From Alphaproteobacteria bacterium (GTDB taxonomy: Bacteria > Pseudomonadota > Alphaproteobacteria > UBA828): 64,000 bases of DNA. Each line of letters begins with the position of its first letter. The first letter of the stretch is position 1. The translations under genes and the position numbers were made by a program. The notes beneath the pieces were generated by a model, which was not told the DNA's origin, did no database searches, and was given only the letters and a program-made list of their open reading frames with translations. The DNA lies in contig CAXXVO010000007.1 of NCBI GenBank assembly GCA_963422645.2, forward strand, positions 768,001 through 832,000. Reading direction: 5' to 3'. Of the stretch, positions 1 through 8,918 are shown piece after piece.

Positions 1-2
1 AT

Positions 3-359
3 TTCTGGTTCTGCTTGCTGCACGAGTTGGCCCATGTGGGCAGACACATGGACAACGACAGGGGCGAAGCCTTCGTCGACGACTTCACGCTTCGCAAACT
101 CGATGGGAGACGGGAAGACCCCAGGGAGGCGCAGGCAGACGAATGGGCGGAAGAATCGCTCATTCCGCGCATCGATTGGGAAGCAAGCGCAGTGCGGGAT
201 CGGCCGACGACCATGGCCGTGATGAATCTCGCCAACGCCCTGCAAGTGCATCCGGCGATCGTCGCAGGGAGGGTTCGATACGAACGGAAGAACTACCGGC
301 TGTTGTCGCAATTCGTCGGGACCGGCGAGGTCCGGCGACAGTTCGGCATGGGATCCTGA
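3..359 (+). CDS. ImmA/IrrE-family Zn metallopeptidase domain protein (HigA-ImmA type), 5'-truncated by the window edge
   Basis: Frame open from position 3: FWFCLLHELAHV (HExxH), later EAQADEWAEE and HPAIVAGR motifs typical of this family. Confidence 0.8.
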   Translation, partial: FWFCLLHELAHVGRHMDNDRGEAFVDDFTLRKLDGRREDPREAQADEWAEESLIPRIDWEASAVRDRPTTMAVMNLANALQVHPAIVAGRVRYERKNYRLLSQFVGTGEVRRQFGMGS

Positions 360-371
360 GGTAACGGGCCG

Positions 372-1319
372 ATGAACTTCCATAGCGGACTGGGAGCTGG
401 ACTGTCCTCGCTGCCGCTAGGCGGAGCAATTCGGTGGTACTACGTCCGGCCGCGTTTTCGAGCGTTTCTTGAAAACCTGATGATCACCGAGGATCAGGCC
501 AACGATGGCGAGACCAAGCATCGGGGTGTCGTTTCCTGCCTGAACCGCGGCTACTGGAACAGCAGCGACGATGCCTTACACCGAATTCTGATCGGCTCCT
601 GGGGGAAGTTCACCCGGGTTCGCCCGCCGCGTGATGTCGACATTCTCTATGTCCTGCCGGTAGAGGTGTACTGGCGATTTGAGCAACGCTCGGGCAATCG
701 GCAGTCGCAGCTCTTGCAGGAAGTGAAGATCTGCCTTCAGACCACCTATCCGCAGACCGACGTTCGAGGGGACGGGCAGGTAGTCGTCGTGCCCTTCAAT
801 TCGTGCAAGGTGGAGGTTGCGCCGGCTTTCCCCTGCCAGGGAGGCGGTTACCTCGTATGCGACACCCACGAAGGCGGACGCTACAAGTGGGTCCATCCGG
901 AAGCGGAGATTGCCGCGCTCGATGGCGCCGATACAGCGCTGAACGGCAACGTGGGGAAACTCACGCGGATGCTCAAACAGTGGCAGCGCCACTGCAACGT
1001 GCCCATCAAGTCGTTCCAGATCGAAGCGCTCATTATGGAAGTGTTGCCGCGCTTGATCTACGGCGGCCGTGATGAATTCTGGTTCGACTGGCTGGTGCGG
1101 GATGTCTTGGGTCACATGATCAGCCGTGCCAACGGTTGGTTCACGATGCCGGTCACTGGCGAAGTGATCCAACTCGGAGATGCGTGGCTCAGCAAGGCTT
1201 CGAGCGCCCATGGGCGCGCGCTCAGGGCCTGCGTATTTGAAGACGGGAACTGGGAAACTCTGGCAGGTGACGAGTGGCAGAAGATCTTCGGCACGATGAT
1301 CCCGACGAAGATCGGTTGA
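372..1319 (+). CDS. cGAS/DncV-like (SMODS) nucleotidyltransferase, CBASS CD-NTase
   Basis: GSWGKFTRVRPPRDVDIL (GS-x-DxD), third acidic residue in VEVAPAF, C-terminal RMLKQW..IKSFQIEAL. Confidence 0.85.
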   Translation: MNFHSGLGAGLSSLPLGGAIRWYYVRPRFRAFLENLMITEDQANDGETKHRGVVSCLNRGYWNSSDDALHRILIGSWGKFTRVRPPRDVDILYVLPVEVYWRFEQRSGNRQSQLLQEVKICLQTTYPQTDVRGDGQVVVVPFNSCKVEVAPAFPCQGGGYLVCDTHEGGRYKWVHPEAEIAALDGADTALNGNVGKLTRMLKQWQRHCNVPIKSFQIEALIMEVLPRLIYGGRDEFWFDWLVRDVLGHMISRANGWFTMPVTGEVIQLGDAWLSKASSAHGRALRACVFEDGNWETLAGDEWQKIFGTMIPTKIG

Positions 1320-1816
1320 GCGAGGCGTCCGCCACGCTCGTACGCGAATGCGAGGTGGAAGAGCGTAACTGCCTCTATACCTCGACGAGCTTCTTCATTT
1401 GGGTGCGCTGTCTGCGCTACCTGCGAGGCGCGCTCTGGATCGGCGCAGTCGCAGGGAGCGCGGTCGCGGCTTCGCACATTCTGCGGGGTGATCCCTCGTA
1501 TCGAATTCTCATGGCGGCAGCGGCGTTGGCGGCGGTGATCCTCCCCGGCATCGGTCGTGCCGTGCGCATCGATGCTGCGATCCGCGATTACGCCGCCGCT
1601 GCGGCCGCGTTCAAGAATTTGCAGAGCGAGTTCAGGCGGGCGGCGCAGGTTTGGTCGCTGAAGCCTTATCCCGAGTTTGAATCAGAAGCGCGCAAATTGT
1701 TCCGTTTGATGAATGAGGCGCGCAAGCCGTCCCTCACGCCCCCGGAGTTCTGCTTCCGTCTCGCGCGATGGAAGATCAGGCGGGGCCACTATGAGAATGA
1801 CGAGAACTCGAAATGA
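1316..1816 (+). CDS. Two-TM SLATT-like CBASS effector
   Basis: TTG start overlaps the CD-NTase stop (TTGA); two hydrophobic helices followed by a helical soluble tail. Confidence 0.7.
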   Translation: MSEASATLVRECEVEERNCLYTSTSFFIWVRCLRYLRGALWIGAVAGSAVAASHILRGDPSYRILMAAAALAAVILPGIGRAVRIDAAIRDYAAAAAAFKNLQSEFRRAAQVWSLKPYPEFESEARKLFRLMNEARKPSLTPPEFCFRLARWKIRRGHYENDENSK

Positions 1817-2188
1817 GTGGTCGAATCGGCGCCAAGTGGTTTCCTGCGGGTTGGGATCGTGGTTAGCGCTGAGCGGAGGCAACAGTTGGAGAAGGAGTTG
1901 ACCTCGGCGAGATACTTAAGGGTTTTGAACCTCGAGATCGTCGCCGTCTGTATGGGATAGAAAAGGTTCAAGTATTCGCACGGAATAAGCGATAGTTAGC
2001 AACTGTTCCGTGGTCACTGGCCTAGAGTGAAATTCATAATTGCGGTGAGGACTTAAGGCACGGATTCGACCCGTCACCTTTTTCAACGTTGTACCATGGT
2101 GAGCAAAGTAGTCAGACCAATGTGCCGTCAGAATATCGGCGAGTTCGGCAAACTCAGCGTAAAAAATGAGATCGTGTACCGCTAGATT

Positions 2189-2301
2189 CAGACTTCCTGA
2201 CCTCGTGATGCTGGCTGTTCTGGGCAGCGTGCCGGGAACTCCTTGAATTCTGATACATTTCGGTTGTTTCAGGCGGTTTTTCGCTGGGTGTCGCGCCCGA
2301 G
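2189..2301 (+). repeat. 113-bp left end of the CAGAC-ended transposon (matches 10611-10723)
   Basis: Same sequence as 10611-10723; reverse complement of 4853-4965. Confidence 0.9.
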
Positions 2302-2420
2302 TGTTGTTAAGCGTGGAAAAGTGACCCCCTATTGGGGGTGATCGGCGTCCAAAATTGACCCCCTTGGATTTGTGTCCATGAACACACCTCGTCGTTTGGA
2401 CGGACGGGGTGGTGGGGGAG

Positions 2421-3935
2421 ATGCTGGTTGTGGAAACGATCGCGAAGATCCGTCGGGATCATCTGGTGAAGGGCGTTCCGATCAAGAAGCTCGCCCGGGA
2501 TTTGAGGGTTTCCAAGAACACGATACGCAAGGTGGTGCGGGGCGATGCGACCTCGCACAGCTACGAGCGCAAGATCCAGCCGATGCCGAAGCTTGGGCTG
2601 TGGGTGGAGGAGCTTGAGCGCCAGCTGAAGGCCAACGAGAAGAAGGCACGCAAGGATCGGCTGTCTCTTCTGCGGATTCATGAAGACCTTGTGTCGCTGG
2701 GCTACAAGGGCGGCTATGACGCGGTTCGCCGCTATGCCAGGGCCTGGCGGCGCCGGTGGCGGCTGTTGTCGCCGGCGCAGGCCTATGTGCCGCTGATCTT
2801 CGATCCCGGCGAGGCCTACCAGTTCGACTGGAGCCACGAGTACGCGCGTCTGTCGGGCGCGACGACCAGGGTGAAGGCGGCGCACATGCGGCTGTGCCAC
2901 AGCCGGATGTATCTGGTCCAGATCTTTCCCCGCGAGAGCCAGGAGATGGTCTTCGAGGCGCACGAGCGTGCCTTCCGCTTCTTCGGCGGGGTCTGCCGGC
3001 GGGGCATCTACGACAACATGAAGACGGCGGTGAGCACGATCTTCGTGGGCAAGAAGCGGGACTACAACCGCCGCTTCCAGGAGCTGTGCTCGCACCATCT
3101 GGTGGAGCCTGTGGCGTGCACGCCAGGGGCTGGCTGGGAGAAGGGGCAGGTCGAGAAGCAGGTGGGTGACCTTCGCGGCCGCCTGTTCGTGCCCATCCCG
3201 CGGGGCCGCTCCTACGCCGAGATCAACGAGTGGCTGATGGATCGGTGCATCGAGGACGCCAAGAAGCATCCGCATCCGACAATCCCGGGCAAGACGGTGT
3301 GGCAGGTGTTCGAGGAGGAGCAGCCCTTCCTGATGGCGTATCGCGGCCCCTTCGACGGCTTCCATGCCAGCGAGGTGTCGGTCTCGAAGACCTGTCTGGT
3401 GCGCTTCGACAACAACCAGTACAGCGTCGCGGCCCGCGCCGTCGGCCGGCCGGTGGACGTGCGGGCCTATGCCGATCGGATCGTCATCCGCCAGGACGGC
3501 GAGACCGTTGCCGAGCACCCCCGCAGCTTCGGGCGCGGCCGGTTCGTCTACGATCCGTGGCATTACGTGCCGATCCTGACGCGGAAGCCCGGCGCGCTAC
3601 GCAATGGCGCGCCCTTCAAGGACTGGCAGTTGCCCAACGCGCTCGGCCGCCTGCGAACCCGGCTCGCGGGCCACGACGACGGCGACCGGCAGTTCGTCAA
3701 GGTGCTCGCGGCGGTGCTGGAGGACGGACTGGAGGCGGTTGAGGCGGCCTGTGCCGAGACGCTCGACTGCGGTGCCTGCAGCGCCGACGTGGTGCTCAAC
3801 ATCCTCGCCCGGCAGCGCCAGCCGGCACCGCCGGCAATCATCCCGACGCCCGAGGGCCTGCAGCTTCGCCACAAGCCGGTAGCCGACTGTCAGCGCTACG
3901 ACAGCCTGAGGGAGGCCGGTCATGGAGCGTCATGA
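2421..3935 (+). CDS. istA: IS21 transposase IstA
   Basis: N-terminal [26 protein letters not shown] motifs. Confidence 0.95.
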   Translation: MLVVETIAKIRRDHLVKGVPIKKLARDLRVSKNTIRKVVRGDATSHSYERKIQPMPKLGLWVEELERQLKANEKKARKDRLSLLRIHEDLVSLGYKGGYDAVRRYARAWRRRWRLLSPAQAYVPLIFDPGEAYQFDWSHEYARLSGATTRVKAAHMRLCHSRMYLVQIFPRESQEMVFEAHERAFRFFGGVCRRGIYDNMKTAVSTIFVGKKRDYNRRFQELCSHHLVEPVACTPGAGWEKGQVEKQVGDLRGRLFVPIPRGRSYAEINEWLMDRCIEDAKKHPHPTIPGKTVWQVFEEEQPFLMAYRGPFDGFHASEVSVSKTCLVRFDNNQYSVAARAVGRPVDVRAYADRIVIRQDGETVAEHPRSFGRGRFVYDPWHYVPILTRKPGALRNGAPFKDWQLPNALGRLRTRLAGHDDGDRQFVKVLAAVLEDGLEAVEAACAETLDCGACSADVVLNILARQRQPAPPAIIPTPEGLQLRHKPVADCQRYDSLREAGHGAS

Positions 3936-4650
3936 TGTGCTGGAGATGATGACCCAGCTGAAGCTCGCAGGTATGCGCGCCGCTTACGACGACATCCTTG
4001 CCGACGGGCTCAAGCGCCGCCATCCGGTGCAACAGATCATCGGTACGCTGCTGCAGGTCGAGATCGCCGACAAGAGGGCCCGCTCGATCAAGTACCAGAT
4101 GGCCTCCGCCAAGCTGCCGACGGTCAAGGAGCTGGCCGACTTCGACTTCGCCGCCTCGCCGGTCAACGAGCCCCTGATCCAGGAGCTCGCCGGCGGCGGC
4201 TTCCTCGAGGGCAAACGCAACATCGTGCTGGTCGGCGGCACCGGTACCGGCAAGACCCATCTCGCCGTCGCCATCGCGCGGTCCTGCATCCGCAAGGGCG
4301 CGCGCGGCCGGTGCTACAACGTCGTCGACCTGGTCAACCTCCTCGAGGCCGAGCTTCGCGCCGGACGCCAGGGCCGCACTGCAGACCAGCTCGTCCGCCG
4401 CGACTTCGTCATCCTCGACGAGCTCGGCTACCTGCCCTTCGCCCAGGCCGGTGGGCAGCTGCTCTTCCATCTGATGAGCCGGCTCTACGAGCGCACCTCG
4501 ATCGTCATCACCACAAACCTCGCCTTCGGCGAATGGCCATCCGTCTTCGGCGACCCCAAGATGACCACAGCGCTGCTCGATCGCCTCACCCATCATTGCG
4601 AGATCATCGAGACCGGCAACGAGAGCTGGCGCTTCAAGAACCGCTCCTGA
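3922..4650 (+). CDS. istB: IS21 helper ATPase IstB
   Basis: GGTGTGKT Walker A, ILDELGY Walker B, LLDRLTHH. Confidence 0.95.
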   Translation: MERHDVLEMMTQLKLAGMRAAYDDILADGLKRRHPVQQIIGTLLQVEIADKRARSIKYQMASAKLPTVKELADFDFAASPVNEPLIQELAGGGFLEGKRNIVLVGGTGTGKTHLAVAIARSCIRKGARGRCYNVVDLVNLLEAELRAGRQGRTADQLVRRDFVILDELGYLPFAQAGGQLLFHLMSRLYERTSIVITTNLAFGEWPSVFGDPKMTTALLDRLTHHCEIIETGNESWRFKNRS

Positions 4651-4852
4651 CCCGCCGCCGGCCTCCCTTGCGGCCCGGTTGCCCCGGTGGGCCAACAGGG
4701 ACCCCCCACGCGGCTTCGCTCCGCGTAGCGCAGGGCGCCACACGAAGCCGCGCGGGTCCCCCCTATTGGCTACCGGGACAACCTCCGCCGTGCCACTCAG
4801 GGGGGTCAATTTTGCACGCCGATCGGGGGTCAGTATTGAAAGCCGATTGACA

Positions 4853-4965
4853 CTCGGGCGCGACACCCAGCGAAAAACCGCCTGAAACAACCGAAATGTA
4901 TCAGAATTCAAGGAGTTCCCGGCACGCTGCCCAGAACAGCCAGCATCACGAGGTCAGGAAGTCTG
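4853..4965 (-). repeat. Inverted 113-bp copy of the same transposon left end
   Basis: Reverse complement of 2189-2301, directly abutting the IS21 right end. Confidence 0.9.
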
Positions 4966-5167
4966 AGGCTAGGGCTGATCGGCGCTACAACGTGTTGATT
5001 CACTTCGATTCCGAGGGGTCAAAGGGCGACACCGAGCAACAGTCGGCGCTGGGCTCGTATTCCAACTGAATAATCATCGTGCCAGCGCCCCCGTGCCGAT
5101 TGCCCACATAACGCCGACACGGCCGTTTCAGCCCTGCTTCGAAACCCACCTAACCCATTGAAAAGAT

Positions 5168-5213
5168 TGGTGGGCGCACTAGGACTCGAACCTAGGACCC
5201 GCTGATTAAGAGT
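5168..5213 (-). tRNA. 3' half of tRNA-Lys(CTT); att-site duplication, not a complete tRNA gene
   Basis: Minus strand ACTCTTAATCAGCGGGTCCTAGGTTCGAGTCCTAGTGCGCCCACCA: anticodon loop, T-arm and CCA; no D-arm upstream; next to an integrase. Confidence 0.85.
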
Positions 5214-5374
5214 TTGCGTTTTGGTGTTCACGTCGGCGCACGAGCGTTCATGGGTATCATCATAAATATCTGTAAAATAGAAGTATTTTACGACCGCGTT
5301 TAGCGGTTGCACACGAGCGCTCACGAGCATATCGTGGCGTTCTTGTGACATCCTTGTGACACGCGAGGCCAGAC

Positions 5375-6550
5375 ATGCTTACCGAGCGCATCATCCGAGA
5401 CGCCAAATCGGACGGAAAAGCCCGCACAATTTGGGACGCCCAGGTGAAGGGTTTAGGCGTTCAAATCACGCAAGGCGGCAAAAAGAATTTCGTTCTGCGC
5501 TACAAGGGCAGCACCGGCATGCGGCAAGCGATCATCGCCCGGTGCAACGAGATATCGCTGAGGGATGCCCGCTCGCGGGCCGGCCGGGAACTGGCCAATA
5601 TCAGGGCGGGCGAGACCGACCCGCTAAGCCGTCGCGAACAAGCCATACAGGCGCCGACGATGGCCGAACTATGGTCACGCTTCGAGACCGAGTTCGCGCC
5701 CGACCGAATCGCCGTCGGGCGTATGACCGAGCGCACCCTGACCGAGTACCGCAAGGCAGCGCGGCGACATCTACTCCCCGCCCTCGGTCGCAAGCGCGTC
5801 GCCGACGTGAAGCGAGCCGACATCGAGCGCATGGTGAAGGGGATGGCGTCGACCCCATCGGCGCGCAACAGGCTACTTGCCCTGACCAGCCGGTTGTTCT
5901 CGTTGGCGGAGGTGTGGGAGCTACGGCCGCAGTCCACTAATCCCGTCAAGGGCATCGTCCGGGCGAGGGAAGATGCGCGGGATCGCGTGCTCTCTGACAG
6001 TGAGCTTACCGCACTAGGGCAGGCGCTGGACAAGCTACAGGAACAGCACTCCGTCGCCGTCGTTGCCATCAAGGTGGCAGCGCTATCGGCTTGGCGTATC
6101 TCCGAAGTGCTGAATCTCCGATGGTCCGACATCAGCTTTGAGCGCGGCGTTGCCACATTGCCCGAGACGAAGACAGGCAGACAGGTTCGGCCGCTGCCCT
6201 CTACGGCACTGGACCTGCTGGCAGCTATGCCCCGGATCAACGGCGTCGATTGGGTGTTCTCCATCCGCCGGGGAGTCCCTACCCGTTACCGCCACGTCCG
6301 GGCTGTCTTTGCGCAGGCCGTCGAGGCGGCCGGTCTGGACGATGTTCGGATGCACGACCTACGTCGTTCCTTGGCGACCCGCGCCGCAGCATCGGGCGTA
6401 AGCCTGCCAGTGCTCCGCGACGTGCTTGGCCACGCTCAAATCACGATGGCGGCGAGATACGCGAGGATGGCGGACGCAGCCGTTGCGGCTGCCATAGAGA
6501 CAACGGGCGGGGGCGTAGCCGCTGCGCTTGACGGTCGCAAGCGGACTTGA
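5375..6550 (+). CDS. int: Tyrosine integrase (P4-like, arm-binding N-terminal domain)
   Basis: WDAQVKGLGV arm domain; catalytic R (WRISE), HDLRR, LGH, RY. Confidence 0.92.
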   Translation: MLTERIIRDAKSDGKARTIWDAQVKGLGVQITQGGKKNFVLRYKGSTGMRQAIIARCNEISLRDARSRAGRELANIRAGETDPLSRREQAIQAPTMAELWSRFETEFAPDRIAVGRMTERTLTEYRKAARRHLLPALGRKRVADVKRADIERMVKGMASTPSARNRLLALTSRLFSLAEVWELRPQSTNPVKGIVRAREDARDRVLSDSELTALGQALDKLQEQHSVAVVAIKVAALSAWRISEVLNLRWSDISFERGVATLPETKTGRQVRPLPSTALDLLAAMPRINGVDWVFSIRRGVPTRYRHVRAVFAQAVEAAGLDDVRMHDLRRSLATRAAASGVSLPVLRDVLGHAQITMAARYARMADAAVAAAIETTGGGVAAALDGRKRT

Positions 6551-6576
6551 CCCGCCACGACGTACCCTGTATGTTC
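6547..6576 (+). promoter_or_regulatory. Sigma70-like promoter overlapped by an alphaproteobacterial LexA box
   Basis: TTGACC(6547)-N17-TATGTT(6570); GTAC-N7-GTTC at 6562-6576 (GAAC-N7-GTAC on the minus strand). Confidence 0.6.
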
Positions 6577-6652
6577 CTATCGTCGGCGCGAAGGCAGCGC
6601 GACGACCCGCAGAAAGGGACAAGTAACGTGGTTCACTTTCTGCCGGGAGTCG

Positions 6653-6874
6653 GTGCCGATGTTCGACGAGACCAAGCTATACCTGAACACCGATGAGGCG
6701 CTCGACGTCATCGCGCCTCGCCACACGCGCAACGACTGGCGCTACAAGGGCGTCGGACCCGCCTACATCAAGCTCGGTGGCCTGCGCATAGCCTACAGCG
6801 GCAAGGACCTGAACGAGTGGCTTCGCGAGCGCCGCATCGAACCTGCCGACCGACTGGTGCCAGCCGCAGCCTAA
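6653..6874 (+). CDS. AlpA/excisionase-like HTH protein
   Basis: 73 aa, TRNDWRYKGVGPAYIKLGG.RIAY...DLNEWL; downstream of the integrase. Confidence 0.8.
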   Translation: MPMFDETKLYLNTDEALDVIAPRHTRNDWRYKGVGPAYIKLGGLRIAYSGKDLNEWLRERRIEPADRLVPAAA

Positions 6875-6989
6875 CAAAACAGTCATGGTCCCCGCGGTTC
6901 TGAGCCACCCCGTGGCATGAAACAGGAGCGGTTCGGCTGACGTTTTCCTTGCGCTTGCACCCATTTGCCGTGTCAGGATGGGTATTGGC

Positions 6990-7200
6990 GGAGGTGGGGA
7001 CGTGTGAGCGTCGTTATATCGGTGACGTAGTTCCCGATGACAAAACTGCTTCCGGCGGCCGGCTCCGCACCCCGTATTGTACCCGGCCCGTGGCCGTGGA
7101 CGCGCGGCAAATTGCACCGCACCCGCTCGTCGGATGCGTGTTCTTCCGACCGCTGTCCCCGCCTCCACCGTGGCGATGCCACGGCGTGATCGTACGCCGC
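6990..7200 (+). ncRNA. Candidate IS110 bridge RNA (boundaries approximate)
   Basis: About 350-bp non-coding left end; ATGACAAAA (7037-7045) resembles target CTAACAAAA; CGCGGCAAA (7103-7111) resembles donor end CACGGCAAA. Confidence 0.55.
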
Positions 7201-7231
7201 CGTGGCGAGAGCGCAAATGAGGAGGAAGGCG

Positions 7232-8482
7232 ATGAAGACGGAAGGCTTGCACGTCGTCCGGCCGCGCGCGGCGGGTCTGGACGTGCACAAGATGGAGATC
7301 ACCGCGACGGTTCGCCTCTGTGAGGGCGAGGGTGAGCCGGTGGTGGAGACGCGCTGCTTCGGCACGCTGCCGAGCGGTCTGGAGGAGATGGTCGCGTGGC
7401 TGACCGGTCACGGCGTCGAGGCTGCGGTGATGGAAGGGACCGGGGTCTACTGGCAGGCGCCCTTCGCGGCCCTGGAGGCGGCCGGGCTCGAGGCGATCCT
7501 GGTGCATGCGCGTCAGGTGAAGCAGTTGAAGGGGCGCAAGACCGACGTGGCGGACAGCGTGTGGCTGGCCTGCGTGTGCCAGTTCGGGCTCTGCACGCCT
7601 TCCCACGTTCCGCCTGAGCCGTTCCGGGAGCTGCGCGCACTGAGCCGCCAGCGCCGCGTCCTGGTCAGGCAGCGCTCCGCCGTGCGCAACCGCGTGCAGA
7701 AGATCATCGACCGCGCCGGTGCGCGCATCGGCGGCATCCTCTCCGACGTCTTCGGCGTCAACGGCCGGAAGATCCTCGACGGCCTGGCGCAGGGGACGGC
7801 GCGCGAGGTCATCCTCGCCTCGCTCACCAGCCACGTTGCGAACAAGCTGGAGGGGCTCGGCGAGGCGCTCACCCTGAGCCTGGGCGACAACGACCGCTTC
7901 ATGCTCAACGACCTGCTGGAGGAGCATGACGCGCTTGAGGCGCGCATCGCGTCCTACACCAGGAAGATCGACGGGCAGATGACACCGTGGGAGGAGCAGC
8001 TCCGTCTGCTGACCACCATCCCCGGCATCGACCGCACCGCCGCCTCGACCATCCTCATCGAGATCGGCCCCGACATCGGCGTGTTCGCCTCCAAGGAGCA
8101 CTTCGCCGCCTGGGCCGGGCTCTGCCCCGGCAACAACGAGAGCGGGGGCAAGCGCCGCAACGCACGCACCCGCATGGGCTCCAAGACCCTGCGCGCCTGC
8201 CTCGTCGAGTGTGCCCACGGCGCGGCCCGAACCAAGGGGTGCCAGTTCGAGGCTCATCACCGCGCCCTCGCCGCCCGGCGCGGCTACAAGCGCGCCATCG
8301 TCGCCGGCGCTCACAAGATGCTGCGCATCATCTATGTGGTGCTCAAGACCGGCAGGCCCTACTACGACCGCACGGCCGACTACGACGCTCTGATGGTCAA
8401 GCGCAACGCTCCTCGGTGGATCCGCATGCTCCGCCGCTACGGCTACATCGAGCCCGTAGGCGCGGAACTCAAGGCCGCCTGA
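7232..8482 (+). CDS. IS110-family DEDD recombinase/transposase
   Basis: GLDVHK, MEGTGVYW, KTDVADS, LCPGNNESGGK; GAGGAGG RBS. Confidence 0.95.
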   Translation: MKTEGLHVVRPRAAGLDVHKMEITATVRLCEGEGEPVVETRCFGTLPSGLEEMVAWLTGHGVEAAVMEGTGVYWQAPFAALEAAGLEAILVHARQVKQLKGRKTDVADSVWLACVCQFGLCTPSHVPPEPFRELRALSRQRRVLVRQRSAVRNRVQKIIDRAGARIGGILSDVFGVNGRKILDGLAQGTAREVILASLTSHVANKLEGLGEALTLSLGDNDRFMLNDLLEEHDALEARIASYTRKIDGQMTPWEEQLRLLTTIPGIDRTAASTILIEIGPDIGVFASKEHFAAWAGLCPGNNESGGKRRNARTRMGSKTLRACLVECAHGAARTKGCQFEAHHRALAARRGYKRAIVAGAHKMLRIIYVVLKTGRPYYDRTADYDALMVKRNAPRWIRMLRRYGYIEPVGAELKAA

Positions 8483-8918
8483 GCGGCCCGCATCTCGTCA
8501 GCCGGCTACGCGGGACCGCTTCGGACCACATCGGGGAAGTCCACCGCTCGTCTCCGCCGCGCCGACCCTGGCGGTCTCAGCCAACGCCGTGACCTCGGGG
8601 TTGGAGCGTCACCGCGCGTCCCTCGCCAGAATCTGTTTCACGGCAAATGAGTAACTGCCCAGGTTCTTGCTGTGAAAATTCTCTGGGATTCGGCACAACG
8701 CTACCCACGCGACGCCCGTGTGCTCCTCTGGGGTCGCCGGGTTTCACAGCTCACGATGCCCCTCTTGCGGACTGCGACCGGTAAGCTACCCCGATGTGGC
8801 CCGAAGTCCGCCCGCGCGACGGGCACCGATTTTCATTCTATGGGGTGGTCCAGCACGGCGTCGACCATGATCGTTTATGAGAATGGCTCCGCTGTTGGAG
8901 AACCCGTGCCAGGTGAGC

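Larger units (their letters stand above)
2302..4852 (+). mobile_element. IS21-family insertion sequence
   Basis: TGT...ACA ends with TGACCCC 20 nt in from each end and repeated internally; istA-istB pair. Confidence 0.92.
6880..8647 (+). mobile_element. IS110-family element (ends ambiguous by the shared AAA core)
   Basis: Removing it restores CAAAATGA, the 8-bp duplication of the neighbouring IS66; subterminal TGAAACAG/CTGTTTCA. Confidence 0.8.

Noticed and set aside
1817-2188. Third CBASS gene or ncRNA
   Set aside because: No supported ORF or structure; cut off by the transposon end at 2189
5168-5240. Complete tRNA-Lys gene
   Set aside because: 5' acceptor strand and D-arm are absent; only the 3' half is present
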